A stretch of 64,000 bases of DNA from Candidatus Omnitrophota bacterium (lineage in GTDB: Bacteria; Omnitrophota; Gorgyraeia; Gygaellales; Profunditerraquicolaceae), in contig JAKLGJ010000002.1 in NCBI GenBank assembly GCA_022710715.1, positions 501,453 to 565,452 on the forward strand. The letters are read 5' to 3'. Shown here one piece after another: positions 46,213 to 55,481 of the stretch. The position numbers and the translations under genes are program-made. The notes beneath the pieces were generated by a model that did not search any database, had not been told where the DNA came from, and saw only the letters and a program-made list of their open reading frames with translations. Numbering within the stretch: position 1 is the stretch's first letter; each line of letters starts with the position of its first letter.

Positions 46213-47307
46213 TTAAGGGGAGGGGATTTTTTTGTAGAGGCGCGAATCGAAGTCGATCTCCTGAAAAATGCTTTTGACGTCACGGATCATGCTTTCCGAT
46301 TTTCCCATCACCAGATAGCCTTCCGGCTTGAGGGATTGATAGAATTTCATGAGGATCTGTTCCTGGAGGTTGCGGTCGAAGTAGATAAAGACATTGCGGC
46401 AGAAAACAATATCGGCGTTTTCGATCAGTTCGGTCGAGGTTAAATCGAGATAGGCGACGGTTATCAGGTTGTGTATCTCCGCGCTGACCGTCCAGCTTCC
46501 GTCTTTGCCGGCGAAGTATTTCTCCAGCAATTTTTTGTCCACGTTCTTGAGGCTCTCTTTGCCGTAAACGCCTTTCCCCGCGGCATCCATAACCTTCTTG
46601 TCCACGTCAGTGGCATGGATCTGTATCTGGAAATCGGACATGCCCGGTCCGAGCAGCTCGCGCAGGATGATGGCGATGGTGTGCGCTTCTTCGCCGCTGG
46701 CGCAGCCGGCGGACCAGATCTTCAGGCTATGGGAGTTTTCTTTTTTTTTAGCCCGGATCATTTCCTCCAGAACCCGCTTGACCGCTACCCAGACTTCCGG
46801 ATCCCGGAAGAATTCAGAAACGTTGATGCAGAGAACTTCGAAGAGTTTGTCGTATTCTTCGGGATGGTTGATCAGATACCGCAGATAGTCGGCGTAGGTG
46901 GCGAGCTTGAGGGTGCGTATGCGCACGGCTACTCTGCGCCGCAGCAAATCCTGATGATAGTGCCGGAAATCAAGACTGCGGTCCTCGCGTATTTTGTCCA
47001 GCAGCAACGCAAAAGTTTTGTTTTTGTCTTCTTTGATCTGATGCCGCGGATTGTTGCCGACCAGCTCGATCGCTTGAAGAATGGCTCTGGCTATCTGGGC
47101 CTGATGTTCCACCCGGGTTTGCTGAATAATTGTGTGCATCGCGCCTTCCTGCGTGGTCACGTATTTTGCCGGCACATGGGAGAGGATATAGGCGAGCATG
47201 TCATTTTTACAGACTGCACAGGTGCAAATATCATAGCGCAGAGTAAGCGCGCTTTGCAGGTAATCCTGGGCAATGTCTTCAATGATATTTCTAAGTTTTT
47301 CAGACAT
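46213..47307 (-). CDS. ComFB-like N-domain fused to CheR-type methyltransferase, tandem paralog
   Basis: YDICTCAVCKNDML..PAKYV; INVSEFFRD, IWSAGCASGEE, VFCRNVFIYF. Confidence 0.7.
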   Translation of the reverse strand: MSEKLRNIIEDIAQDYLQSALTLRYDICTCAVCKNDMLAYILSHVPAKYVTTQEGAMHTIIQQTRVEHQAQIARAILQAIELVGNNPRHQIKEDKNKTFALLLDKIREDRSLDFRHYHQDLLRRRVAVRIRTLKLATYADYLRYLINHPEEYDKLFEVLCINVSEFFRDPEVWVAVKRVLEEMIRAKKKENSHSLKIWSAGCASGEEAHTIAIILRELLGPGMSDFQIQIHATDVDKKVMDAAGKGVYGKESLKNVDKKLLEKYFAGKDGSWTVSAEIHNLITVAYLDLTSTELIENADIVFCRNVFIYFDRNLQEQILMKFYQSLKPEGYLVMGKSESMIRDVKSIFQEIDFDSRLYKKIPSP

Positions 47308-47464
47308 ATTAGTTTATGATGGATTTCCTTCGTCCGGGAACAAAAAACCCACCCGCTATGTTTATTTTTCACAACAATCATTTAAATATACCATTTACCG
47401 GAGTGCTTGTCAAGGTCTTCCTAAATATTGCGCAAATCAATAATTTAAAATAATAATATTTTTC

Positions 47465-47492
47465 TTGCATAATCTATCAAATATGATAAAAT
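47465..47492 (+). promoter_or_regulatory. promoter-like TTGCAT-16-TAAAAT in AT-rich divergent intergenic region
   Basis: 220-nt region of about 30% GC between divergent cheR-like and pilin genes. Confidence 0.3.
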
Positions 47493-47529
47493 ATGACAAA
47501 TATTATTAAGGTATATCAGGAGCTTCCAG

Positions 47530-48183
47530 GTGAGAGTTTATAGAGTCAATGAAGTCGCCGAGAAACTGGGTATTTCCAAGCAGACCCTGCTGCGTTACGA
47601 GAAGAAGGGCGTGTTTCCTAAATCGCAGCGTAATCGTATTAATAGCTGGCGTGAATATACGGAGGATGATGTTCGTAAACTCCAGTCGATTATCGGTCGG
47701 GCATTTACGCTGATCGAGTTGATCATGGTGATGGTGATCATCGCTGTTCTGGCGGTATTCACCATCCCGACTTTCGACGTTTTTTCCAGCATGAAACTCA
47801 ATGCGGCAGCGCACAGGACCATGTCCGATATCCGCTATGTCCAGGGATTGGCGACGACGACGCACAGCCGTTACCGGATCACGTTCAATGCTGCAGCCAA
47901 TACGTATGAGGTGCGTAACAGTTCGACTAACGCGTTGATCCGGCATCCTTTTACCCGTCAGAACTTCACCGTCAGCCTGAACGCCGATCCGCAATTTACC
48001 GGCGTGGATATCGGTAGCGTCAACTTCGACGGAGGACAGGTGCTGCAGTTTAACTGGAAAGGCGAGCCTGAAACCGGCGCAGGCGCGTTGCTTGCCGCGC
48101 AGGGAAGCGTGAGGCTGGCTTATCAGGAAGAGAATATGAGTGTAACCGTCAGCCCGGGTACGGGATTTGTCAAGGTGCAGTGA
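47530..48183 (+). CDS. MerR-type HTH domain fused in frame to a GspH/FimT-like type IV pseudopilin
   Basis: AGGAG RBS, GTG start; aa 1-55 HTH (AEKLGISKQTLLRYEKKGVFP); aa 56-75 prepilin signature GRAFTLIELIMVMVIIAVLA; C-terminal GspH/FimT-like domain. Confidence 0.7.
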   Translation: MRVYRVNEVAEKLGISKQTLLRYEKKGVFPKSQRNRINSWREYTEDDVRKLQSIIGRAFTLIELIMVMVIIAVLAVFTIPTFDVFSSMKLNAAAHRTMSDIRYVQGLATTTHSRYRITFNAAANTYEVRNSSTNALIRHPFTRQNFTVSLNADPQFTGVDIGSVNFDGGQVLQFNWKGEPETGAGALLAAQGSVRLAYQEENMSVTVSPGTGFVKVQ

Positions 48184-48184
48184 A

Positions 48185-48661
48185 ATGCGCAAGAGCGGGT
48201 TTACCTTAATCGAACTGGTGGTGATTATCGTGGTGGTAGCTATCGCCATCCCGGCATTGTTGAATACCTGGGCGGGCATTTCCTGGCGTTCCATGAATTC
48301 GGAATTTATTGCCGATGCCGATATATACCTGCGGGAGTTGATGGAAGAGATCAAGGTCAAACGTTTCGACGAAGTCACGTCCCGGCCATGGACTGCGTCG
48401 AGCCTTTTCGCCTCCGGGCGCAGCGATGAAACCGAAGAGATCAATAACCGGACAAAGTTTGACGATATCGACGATTACAACGGATACGTCGATTCCACGG
48501 GCGGTTTTAACCGCAGCGTCGGCGTCAGCTATGTCAATCTGACCGGTTCAAACTGGCAGGATGTGGCCGGTCCGACGGATTTTAAGCGCGTCCGGGTATC
48601 TGTTGACCGCGCGCGAAATGCGATCAGCGTTTCCACGGCTACTATTATAAGCGGGTATTAG
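48185..48661 (+). CDS. type IV pseudopilin (GspI/PilV-like)
   Basis: canonical class III leader MRKSG|FTLIEL. Confidence 0.75.
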   Translation: MRKSGFTLIELVVIIVVVAIAIPALLNTWAGISWRSMNSEFIADADIYLRELMEEIKVKRFDEVTSRPWTASSLFASGRSDETEEINNRTKFDDIDDYNGYVDSTGGFNRSVGVSYVNLTGSNWQDVAGPTDFKRVRVSVDRARNAISVSTATIISGY

Positions 48662-48662
48662 C

Positions 48663-49163
48663 ATGCAGAAGCATTCAACGCGCCGCAGAGGCGTTACGTT
48701 AATCGAGCTGGTAGTCGTTATCGTGCTGGTGGGGATTCTGACCGGCCTGGGCAGCCTGTATTTAAAAGAGGTGATCGACCTGTGGAATTTTGTTTCTTTC
48801 CGCAGCGAAGCGGTGAGCACCACGCGGGTTGCGGTGACGCGGATGCTGCGTCAAATGCGCCAGGTGCGTAACGACACGTCCGTTACGTTCGCCAACGCCA
48901 CCCGGTTTCAGTTCACGGACAGGAGCGGCGCCGTGGTGAATTTCAATCTTTCCGGGACAACCTTGTTATGCAATAACAATATCCTGGCCGAAGGGGTCAG
49001 GAATCTTTCCTTTACGTACATGGATAACAGCGGTACATTGTTGCTCAATCCGGCAGTCAGTCCGCTGGCAACGAATATTCGGCTCATTCGTATCGGGCTT
49101 ACGGTGCAGGCCGGCACGCAAAGCAAAACGATCAGCGTGCAGGTTGCTCCGCGAAATCTGTGA
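48663..49163 (+). CDS. type IV pseudopilin (GspJ/PilW-like)
   Basis: MQKHSTRRRG|VTLIEL. Confidence 0.7.
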   Translation: MQKHSTRRRGVTLIELVVVIVLVGILTGLGSLYLKEVIDLWNFVSFRSEAVSTTRVAVTRMLRQMRQVRNDTSVTFANATRFQFTDRSGAVVNFNLSGTTLLCNNNILAEGVRNLSFTYMDNSGTLLLNPAVSPLATNIRLIRIGLTVQAGTQSKTISVQVAPRNL

Positions 49164-49176
49164 GGCAGGAGGTGGC

Positions 49177-50814
49177 GTGCGCATAAACCGGTGGAAAGAA
49201 ACATTGCGCAGTGAGCGCGGCGTTAGCCTGATCGTGGTTATTTTCGTGATCATGCTCCTGGGGGTTATGGGGTGGGCTTTGATGTCCATGCAGAGCGTGG
49301 ATTTCGAGATGAGCTGGCGTAATCTCGATTCCGAGCGGGCGCTGGATGTGGCGGAATCCGGATTGCAGGAAGCGCTTAACCGCATCTCCACCGGTTCCGC
49401 TGAATTCAATAACGATACCAAAGTGCTCAATCGCACCCTGGAGAGCGGCCAGTATGTCGTCACCCGTACTACCGTCAATTCCAACATCAGCGTGCTTTCC
49501 ACCGGTTATGTGCCGGCGCAGGCGAATTACCGTGCGATGCGTCAGCTGGGCATGTTGATTACCAGCGCCAGACTGGATAAAGTCGTTCAGGCGCATAATC
49601 GTTTCAATTGGACCGACATTTCCGGTTCCTCGAGTTTCAACGGCACCATCCAGGCGGCCTGGTATAACGGTGACGACGTGCTTCCGGATAATCAACAATC
49701 CTCGGATATCACCCCCATTCCCCGCACCGGCAGTTCGCCGGCGCCGGTAATCGGGGCTACTCCGTATCCGCGCATCGATATGGCCGGGTATCAGCAGGAA
49801 GCCGCGAGCAGCGGCACGGTCTGGACTCCGCCGCGCACCGGGGTGATCAGCTCTAAAACGGATCTGGGGACAGGGAAAACCCAGCTTGTGTTCACTCCGG
49901 CGGATATGTTTAAAAGCCCGCACGCTCAATTTGAAGGCCAGGCGCTGCGCAATATCTCCCGCGGCCATTGGGATGCTTCATATGCCGCTTTGGCCCCGGT
50001 GACCAGCAATGTCGGGAATCAGAGGGCGGACGTGGATACCATCAGGGTAAACGGTTGGCAGGTCGGCGACAGGGTCATGCTTATTCCGGCGATAGCTCCG
50101 GCGGGAGGCAGCGGTCATCAGACCTTGACCCATAATAATACGCAGAAAACCATCGCTTTTCACCTGGATTGCGAATATGATAATCTGGCGGTAGGGGACG
50201 CGGTGCGTAACCTGGACCGGGCAAATGACAGCTGGTCGTATGATCAATGGGGGACAGTGACTTTCGTCGAAGTCAAGAACAGGCTGACCAACATCACGGT
50301 GAGAGTGGATAGTTCGGTCAATCTTACCCTCGCCGCAAACCAGTGGCAGGTCGGAGATCTGATCTGCGCGGCGAAGTTGTATGATGATACGTGGACCGTC
50401 GATCAGAATATTGTCTACGTGCAGGCGGATACGGTATTCAATGTGGCGAGCTTCATCAATGCTTTTTCCGGCACCAGTATTATCAGCGAGGGTGATATCG
50501 GTATTAAAGGTACGGGGATGATGCTTTTTTCCCAACGGCCGGATCCGTACCCTGCGCTGGCCACCAAGAACGGCAACATTTCTTCCCCGGATCTGCCTAA
50601 CTGGATTTTGCGCTTATTGGGGCTGGGCAGGGTGTTCGATACCCTGATCTATTCGGAAACCGGGGATATTTTCTTTACTTTTCTCTACGGCACTGCGGTA
50701 GTCGGCAACAATGTCACCCTGGTCGATAAATCCGTGGTGAGATACAACGCGGTTATCGCGCAAGCGCCGCATTTTATCATGGATATGATAGCGCAGGACT
50801 GGCAGGATGAATAA
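49177..50814 (+). CDS. GspK/PilX-like large minor pseudopilin
   Basis: GGCAGGAGGTGG RBS, GTG start; ERGVSLIVVIFVIMLLGVMG GspK-like N-terminus; 545 aa. Confidence 0.6.
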   Translation: MRINRWKETLRSERGVSLIVVIFVIMLLGVMGWALMSMQSVDFEMSWRNLDSERALDVAESGLQEALNRISTGSAEFNNDTKVLNRTLESGQYVVTRTTVNSNISVLSTGYVPAQANYRAMRQLGMLITSARLDKVVQAHNRFNWTDISGSSSFNGTIQAAWYNGDDVLPDNQQSSDITPIPRTGSSPAPVIGATPYPRIDMAGYQQEAASSGTVWTPPRTGVISSKTDLGTGKTQLVFTPADMFKSPHAQFEGQALRNISRGHWDASYAALAPVTSNVGNQRADVDTIRVNGWQVGDRVMLIPAIAPAGGSGHQTLTHNNTQKTIAFHLDCEYDNLAVGDAVRNLDRANDSWSYDQWGTVTFVEVKNRLTNITVRVDSSVNLTLAANQWQVGDLICAAKLYDDTWTVDQNIVYVQADTVFNVASFINAFSGTSIISEGDIGIKGTGMMLFSQRPDPYPALATKNGNISSPDLPNWILRLLGLGRVFDTLIYSETGDIFFTFLYGTAVVGNNVTLVDKSVVRYNAVIAQAPHFIMDMIAQDWQDE

Positions 50815-50839
50815 ACGTCGTTTATGCATGGGGGGAGCA

Positions 50840-51109
50840 ATGAATAAAAAACTGATCGTGGGATTTCTTCTCGCTCTGGGTATAGTGGGCATGGCGGGAT
50901 TCCGGCTCTATGCCCAGCGTCTACCCAGCCAGGATGCGGCTGCGGCGATGCAGAGTCTGGGAGGATTGGAGGGCTCTTTTTCTTCGCTCCGGAGCAGCCT
51001 GGATAAGAGCACAAAAGAGCTTTCCCAGAAACTGGACCAGGTGCTTGCGAATCAACAGGCGATTTTGAAAGAACTGGAAGTCGTAAAAGTAAGAGCGTCA
51101 AGGAAATAG
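50840..51109 (+). CDS. small membrane-anchored coiled-coil protein
   Basis: GGGGGAG RBS; 89 aa; start uncertain (alternatives 50807/50828). Confidence 0.35.
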   Translation: MNKKLIVGFLLALGIVGMAGFRLYAQRLPSQDAAAAMQSLGGLEGSFSSLRSSLDKSTKELSQKLDQVLANQQAILKELEVVKVRASRK

Positions 51110-51134
51110 CGTTTACCGGGGGAGACGAATTCCC

Positions 51135-51162
51135 TTGACAGTTAAGCATACATCGGTAGAAT
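51135..51162 (+). promoter_or_regulatory. internal promoter TTGACA-16-TAGAAT upstream of pilM-like gene
   Basis: ttgaca 51135-51140; tagaat 51157-51162. Confidence 0.4.
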
Positions 51163-51169
51163 TGAGACA

Positions 51170-52963
51170 ATGGTCAATCCTGCGGTGACAGAAAAAAACA
51201 AAGTTCCGGCAAAAGCTCCAGCGGCGGCTTCCGGTCCATCGCCGTTTGCCGGCATCGGCTCTATTCTCTACCGCTTTTTCACCGCGGACCAGCATCTCAT
51301 CGGCCTCGATATCGGCTCCAGCTACCTCAAACTGCTCCAGTTGCATCAGGTCAAGGACGGTTATCAGATCAAGCATTATATTGCCCGGGCAATCCCGCCG
51401 AACATCAGGGACAATGCCGCCGAAAAACGCAAATTTATCGGAGAGTTCATCAAAGAGTTCTTGAGCGAAGCCCGGGTAAAACGCTGCCATGGCCGGCTTT
51501 CTTTGTCCGGCAAGGGAGTGTTCGTTTTCTTTCTGAACGTGCCGAATCTCAATAAGAAGGATCTGCGCGGAGCCGTGGGGATCGAATTAAAGAAACGGCT
51601 TCCTTTCCAGCTCGATATCAATAATGTCAGTTTTGATTATTACATCAACGGCCAGGCCAAAGACGAAAAAACCGTCAGCCTTCAGGTGACCTGTATCGCC
51701 GTGGATCGATTTACCATAGACGACCAGGTTCAATTCCTCAAAGATATCGGGATTCAACCGGCGGCGATCAACGCGGTATCCGACGTGCTGGGTAATCTGA
51801 TGGCGTGTTGTTTCAGCGCTCCGGCGGATAAAACGCTGGCATTGCTCGATATCGGGGCAAGTACGGCGTTATTGAATTTTTACAAAGGCAAAAACCTGAT
51901 TTTTTCGCGGGAGATCCCTATCGGGGGCGATCATCTGACGCACGCGCTGGCAAAAGCCATTACCACTTCCGCCGGGCCGGTAACTATCGGCGTGGAGGAT
52001 GCCGAAAAGATAAAGCGCAATTGCGGCATTCCCATGGCCGAAGACGCGCATTCGGAATTCCTGACGGACTTCGGGCCATTGCCCGCAGAACAATTACTGG
52101 CGTTGCTGCGTCCGTTGCTGGAGAGGCTGGTGTTGGAGATCTCGCGCACGCTGACTTATTACGCCAAGACCTATAAAACCCCGGCGATCGAGGAGCTGTA
52201 TATCACCGGCGGGACATCCCGGTTGAAGAATCTGGACAAATTCCTGCAGTTCAATCTGGAAGGCGTCAAGCGGGTAGAACATTTGAATATTCTCAAAATC
52301 GTCAAAGGCTGGGCGGACAAAGGCATCCTGAAGCAGGAATTGATGATGGAACAGGCGGCGCCGCATCTGGCGGTGGCGTTCGGGCTCTGCCTGGGAGCCG
52401 CCGGCAAGGTGAATCTCATTCCGCCGAAAGAACGCCTGGAGCAGAAACTCGCGCTGATCGTTACGCTGCTGCGGGTCGCCTTTCCGCTGATCCTGGTGAT
52501 CAGTATCGGTTTCTATATATCCACCTACGCCAATGCATTGAAAATGAAGGTTGCGGTGAGCAGGGTGGCGGGCGAGATCAACAGCATGGAAGGCACCGCT
52601 TCCCAGGTCCGTCAGTATATGGAATTGAAGGGGAAGCTCGATCAGGGCAAGGGGTTGCTCAACCAGGCTAAAGGCAGGCAGCCGCTATGGCAGGGAGTGC
52701 TCAAGGAATTGAGCGCGCTCACTCCCCAGGAGATCGTGCTGACGAAAGTATTCGTCGAGCAAACCAAGGACGGCAAGGATCTGCATCTGATCGGGCGGGC
52801 TTCCAGCAGGTATACCATCGTGGATCTGGTTATGACCCAGTACATCGACGCTCTGGAGGAATCGCCGTTTTTCAGCGACGTGCGGGAGCTCTCCCGGAAA
52901 AAAGACATGTACGATCCGGTGCCGTCGGCGGATTTCGAACTGGTCTGCAGAATGGATTATTGA
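51170..52963 (+). CDS. pilM: PilM (actin-like ATPase) fused to PilN-like TM/periplasmic domain
   Basis: LIGLDIGSSYLKL PilM N-terminus; about aa 400 TM helix then PilN-like coiled region; 597 aa. Confidence 0.7.
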   Translation: MVNPAVTEKNKVPAKAPAAASGPSPFAGIGSILYRFFTADQHLIGLDIGSSYLKLLQLHQVKDGYQIKHYIARAIPPNIRDNAAEKRKFIGEFIKEFLSEARVKRCHGRLSLSGKGVFVFFLNVPNLNKKDLRGAVGIELKKRLPFQLDINNVSFDYYINGQAKDEKTVSLQVTCIAVDRFTIDDQVQFLKDIGIQPAAINAVSDVLGNLMACCFSAPADKTLALLDIGASTALLNFYKGKNLIFSREIPIGGDHLTHALAKAITTSAGPVTIGVEDAEKIKRNCGIPMAEDAHSEFLTDFGPLPAEQLLALLRPLLERLVLEISRTLTYYAKTYKTPAIEELYITGGTSRLKNLDKFLQFNLEGVKRVEHLNILKIVKGWADKGILKQELMMEQAAPHLAVAFGLCLGAAGKVNLIPPKERLEQKLALIVTLLRVAFPLILVISIGFYISTYANALKMKVAVSRVAGEINSMEGTASQVRQYMELKGKLDQGKGLLNQAKGRQPLWQGVLKELSALTPQEIVLTKVFVEQTKDGKDLHLIGRASSRYTIVDLVMTQYIDALEESPFFSDVRELSRKKDMYDPVPSADFELVCRMDY

Positions 52964-52964
52964 T

Positions 52965-53567
52965 ATGCCCAGGAAATTCAGCAACGTAACCTATATCTTC
53001 GTCTACACCGTATCCGGGATCGCGGTCCTGACGGCGGCGTTCCTGCTCGTCGGCCGGCCGAGCCTGCAGTATCTCAAACGGCAGAAGGCGGATTTCGATG
53101 CCCAGCAGCAGTTGTTGTCCCATTCGGAGCAGCTTATCCGCAGCGTGCCGAATCCGCAGAAGGAGATCGTCGACATACAGCAGAAAATCGAAGAATTCCG
53201 CAAAACGGGAGTGGGCGGCAAGCAACTGCCCCGGATTATTCAACTCTTGAGCCAGTCGGCTGCCGGCAGGGATATCGTGATTATCAGCATCGGCCCCCGG
53301 GAAGATATGCGGGCCTCGCAGGAGAATCTTCCCGCCGGAGTGAATAAAGTCTATATCGAGATGATCTTTACCTGTTCGTTCAAAACGCTGGGGGAATATA
53401 TCAAGGCTTTGACCGAGCTGCCCGGCGTTTTCAGCATCGAAAGCATCGCCGTGGAAAAGGTGCCCTTGCAGCTGTTGTCCCAGAAAGACGCTGCGCGGGT
53501 CGCCGCATCGTCACGCGATCTACAGGTTGATCTGATCATCAGCACGTTCACTATCTATGAGCTGTAA
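52965..53567 (+). CDS. pilO: PilO-like pilus assembly protein
   Basis: single N-terminal TM, coiled coil, gene order after PilM/N. Confidence 0.55.
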   Translation: MPRKFSNVTYIFVYTVSGIAVLTAAFLLVGRPSLQYLKRQKADFDAQQQLLSHSEQLIRSVPNPQKEIVDIQQKIEEFRKTGVGGKQLPRIIQLLSQSAAGRDIVIISIGPREDMRASQENLPAGVNKVYIEMIFTCSFKTLGEYIKALTELPGVFSIESIAVEKVPLQLLSQKDAARVAASSRDLQVDLIISTFTIYEL

Positions 53568-54074
53568 ATGACCAAAAAAGAACAAACCCAGTTAATGATT
53601 ATCGGCGGCGGCGTGTTGATCCTGGCGCTGATTCTGCCGGGAAGCCTCAAGAAGTCGCTGCGCGGCGGCCGTCCGCCCGCTCCCGCCGCGGTTTCAGAAC
53701 CCCTGGCGGTGGATACTGCGCCGGCCGCACCGTTCTTTACCGACGCTGCCCCGGGCAGCGAACAGATCATCGGCGAGCAGCTGAAACGCATTGAAATGCC
53801 CTGGAGCAGGGATCCGTTTACCGTTACCTACGATGCGCGCGACGGATTGCGGGAATTCCAGCTGAAGGGTATTTCATTCGGGACCGATAAAAGCGGTTTC
53901 GCTTACATCAACGAACAGATTGTGAAGAAGGGGGATCTCCTCGGCGACTACGAGGTGGTCGAGATCGAAAAAAACAGAGTATTATTGAAGAGGGGGCAGC
54001 AAAGCTTCTACCTGACCTTTCCCGATGATGGAATAAATAGCGCGTCCGGTAACCCGGCTGCGAAGACGAGGTGA
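53568..54074 (+). CDS. pilP: PilP-like protein
   Basis: TM anchor, Pro/Ala linker, C-terminal beta domain; precedes secretin. Confidence 0.5.
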   Translation: MTKKEQTQLMIIGGGVLILALILPGSLKKSLRGGRPPAPAAVSEPLAVDTAPAAPFFTDAAPGSEQIIGEQLKRIEMPWSRDPFTVTYDARDGLREFQLKGISFGTDKSGFAYINEQIVKKGDLLGDYEVVEIEKNRVLLKRGQQSFYLTFPDDGINSASGNPAAKTR

Positions 54075-54077
54075 CGA

Positions 54078-55481
54078 ATGAAAGTCCGCATGGCGATTCT
54101 ACTGATGATGGCAGGGATGTGGGCGTTGCTTTCTCCGGCGGCGACCGTGTCCGCCCAGGAGCAGCCCAAGAGCGAGATAATCGAATACCTGGAGTTCCGG
54201 GAAGTGGATATCAAGGATGTTCTGCGCCAGTTGTCCAAACAGTATAACCTGAATATCGTTTTCTCGGAGTCGGTCCGGGGACTGGTCACCGTGCAGTTGA
54301 ACAAGGTCAGCGTTGAGCAGGCGCTGGATTCGATCATCACGGTGAACGGATTCGCCTATACCAAAAAAGACAATGTGTTCAAGATCACCACCCAGGAAGA
54401 GGCGGCGCGCGAGGGCAAGCAGACCAAGTTGTTCCGATTGCGCAATGCGGACGCGGCTAAACTCAAAGACACCCTGTCCAAGGTCTTGAGCCCCGACGGG
54501 TCGATCGAAGCGGATGCCCGGTCGAATTCTATCGTGGTCACGGATTCGCTGACGGTGATCAATAAGATCGAGCGGATGATCCCCTCGCTGGATGAGGTGA
54601 CGTCCCAGGTGCTCATCGAAGCGAAATTGATCGAAACCTCGCTGACCAATACCGAAAAACTGGGCATCGATTGGCAGACGACGATACGCGCTTCCGGTTC
54701 AAAACGGCCGACCACGCTGCCGTTCTTGAGCGGGAAAAGCAGTGTGAACGAAAAACTCCTCTCCGAAAACGATACGACGGACTTTCCCACCGCGCATGGA
54801 TTCCCGTATTCGGCCGCCGATGATTTTACCCTGGGCACGCTGGATTTTACCGGATTGAGCGTGGTGCTGGATTTTCTGAAGTCGCGCACCAACACCAAGC
54901 TGGTGGCTTCGCCGCGCATTGTGACGTTGAATAACCAGCAGGCGACGATCAATGTCGGCAAAGTGGTGCCCCTGGCGCTCTATGAACGCAATGAGACCAC
55001 CGGCGCCTGGGAAGTTACCGGGTGGGAGGAGATGAACGTGGGGGTCAATCTGCAGGTCACCCCGCAGATCAGCCCGGACGGTCATATCAAATTGAAACTC
55101 AAGCCCGAGGTGAGCAATATTATCGATTATATCGGCGAAGACGTTAACCGCCGGCCGATCACCTCTACCCGTACCGCGGAGACCGAAGTGATCATCAATG
55201 ACGGAATGACCGTGGTTATCGCCGGGCTGGTTAAGGAAAAGGACTCTTTGACCACGAACAAGATACCGATACTCGGCGATATCCCGTTTATCGGTGCGTT
55301 CTTCACCCGCAAGGAAACCGGCACCGATGAGGAGCCCAAAGAGCGCACGGATCTGTTGATTTTTGTCACCGCCAGAATACTCAAGGATAATCAGGACGTT
55401 GGCGTCGCCGCGGATACCGCAGGGACGAGCGCCTATGCGCGTCCTTTCAAAACGGAGATCAGGGAGAAAAATGCGCAATGA
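54078..55481 (+). CDS. pilQ: secretin (PilQ/GspD family)
   Basis: signal peptide; N0/N1-like domains; C-terminal secretin motif VIINDGMTVVIAGL...IPILGDIPFIGAFF. Confidence 0.9.
   Translation: MKVRMAILLMMAGMWALLSPAATVSAQEQPKSEIIEYLEFREVDIKDVLRQLSKQYNLNIVFSESVRGLVTVQLNKVSVEQALDSIITVNGFAYTKKDNVFKITTQEEAAREGKQTKLFRLRNADAAKLKDTLSKVLSPDGSIEADARSNSIVVTDSLTVINKIERMIPSLDEVTSQVLIEAKLIETSLTNTEKLGIDWQTTIRASGSKRPTTLPFLSGKSSVNEKLLSENDTTDFPTAHGFPYSAADDFTLGTLDFTGLSVVLDFLKSRTNTKLVASPRIVTLNNQQATINVGKVVPLALYERNETTGAWEVTGWEEMNVGVNLQVTPQISPDGHIKLKLKPEVSNIIDYIGEDVNRRPITSTRTAETEVIINDGMTVVIAGLVKEKDSLTTNKIPILGDIPFIGAFFTRKETGTDEEPKERTDLLIFVTARILKDNQDVGVAADTAGTSAYARPFKTEIREKNAQ

Noticed and set aside
47530-48183. HTH-pseudopilin fusion as a simple misannotated start (pilin starting internally)
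   Set aside because: No ATG, GTG or TTG in frame lies between the HTH region and the TLIE motif, so an independent pilin ORF cannot start there. A sequencing indel remains possible but is not visible in the sequence
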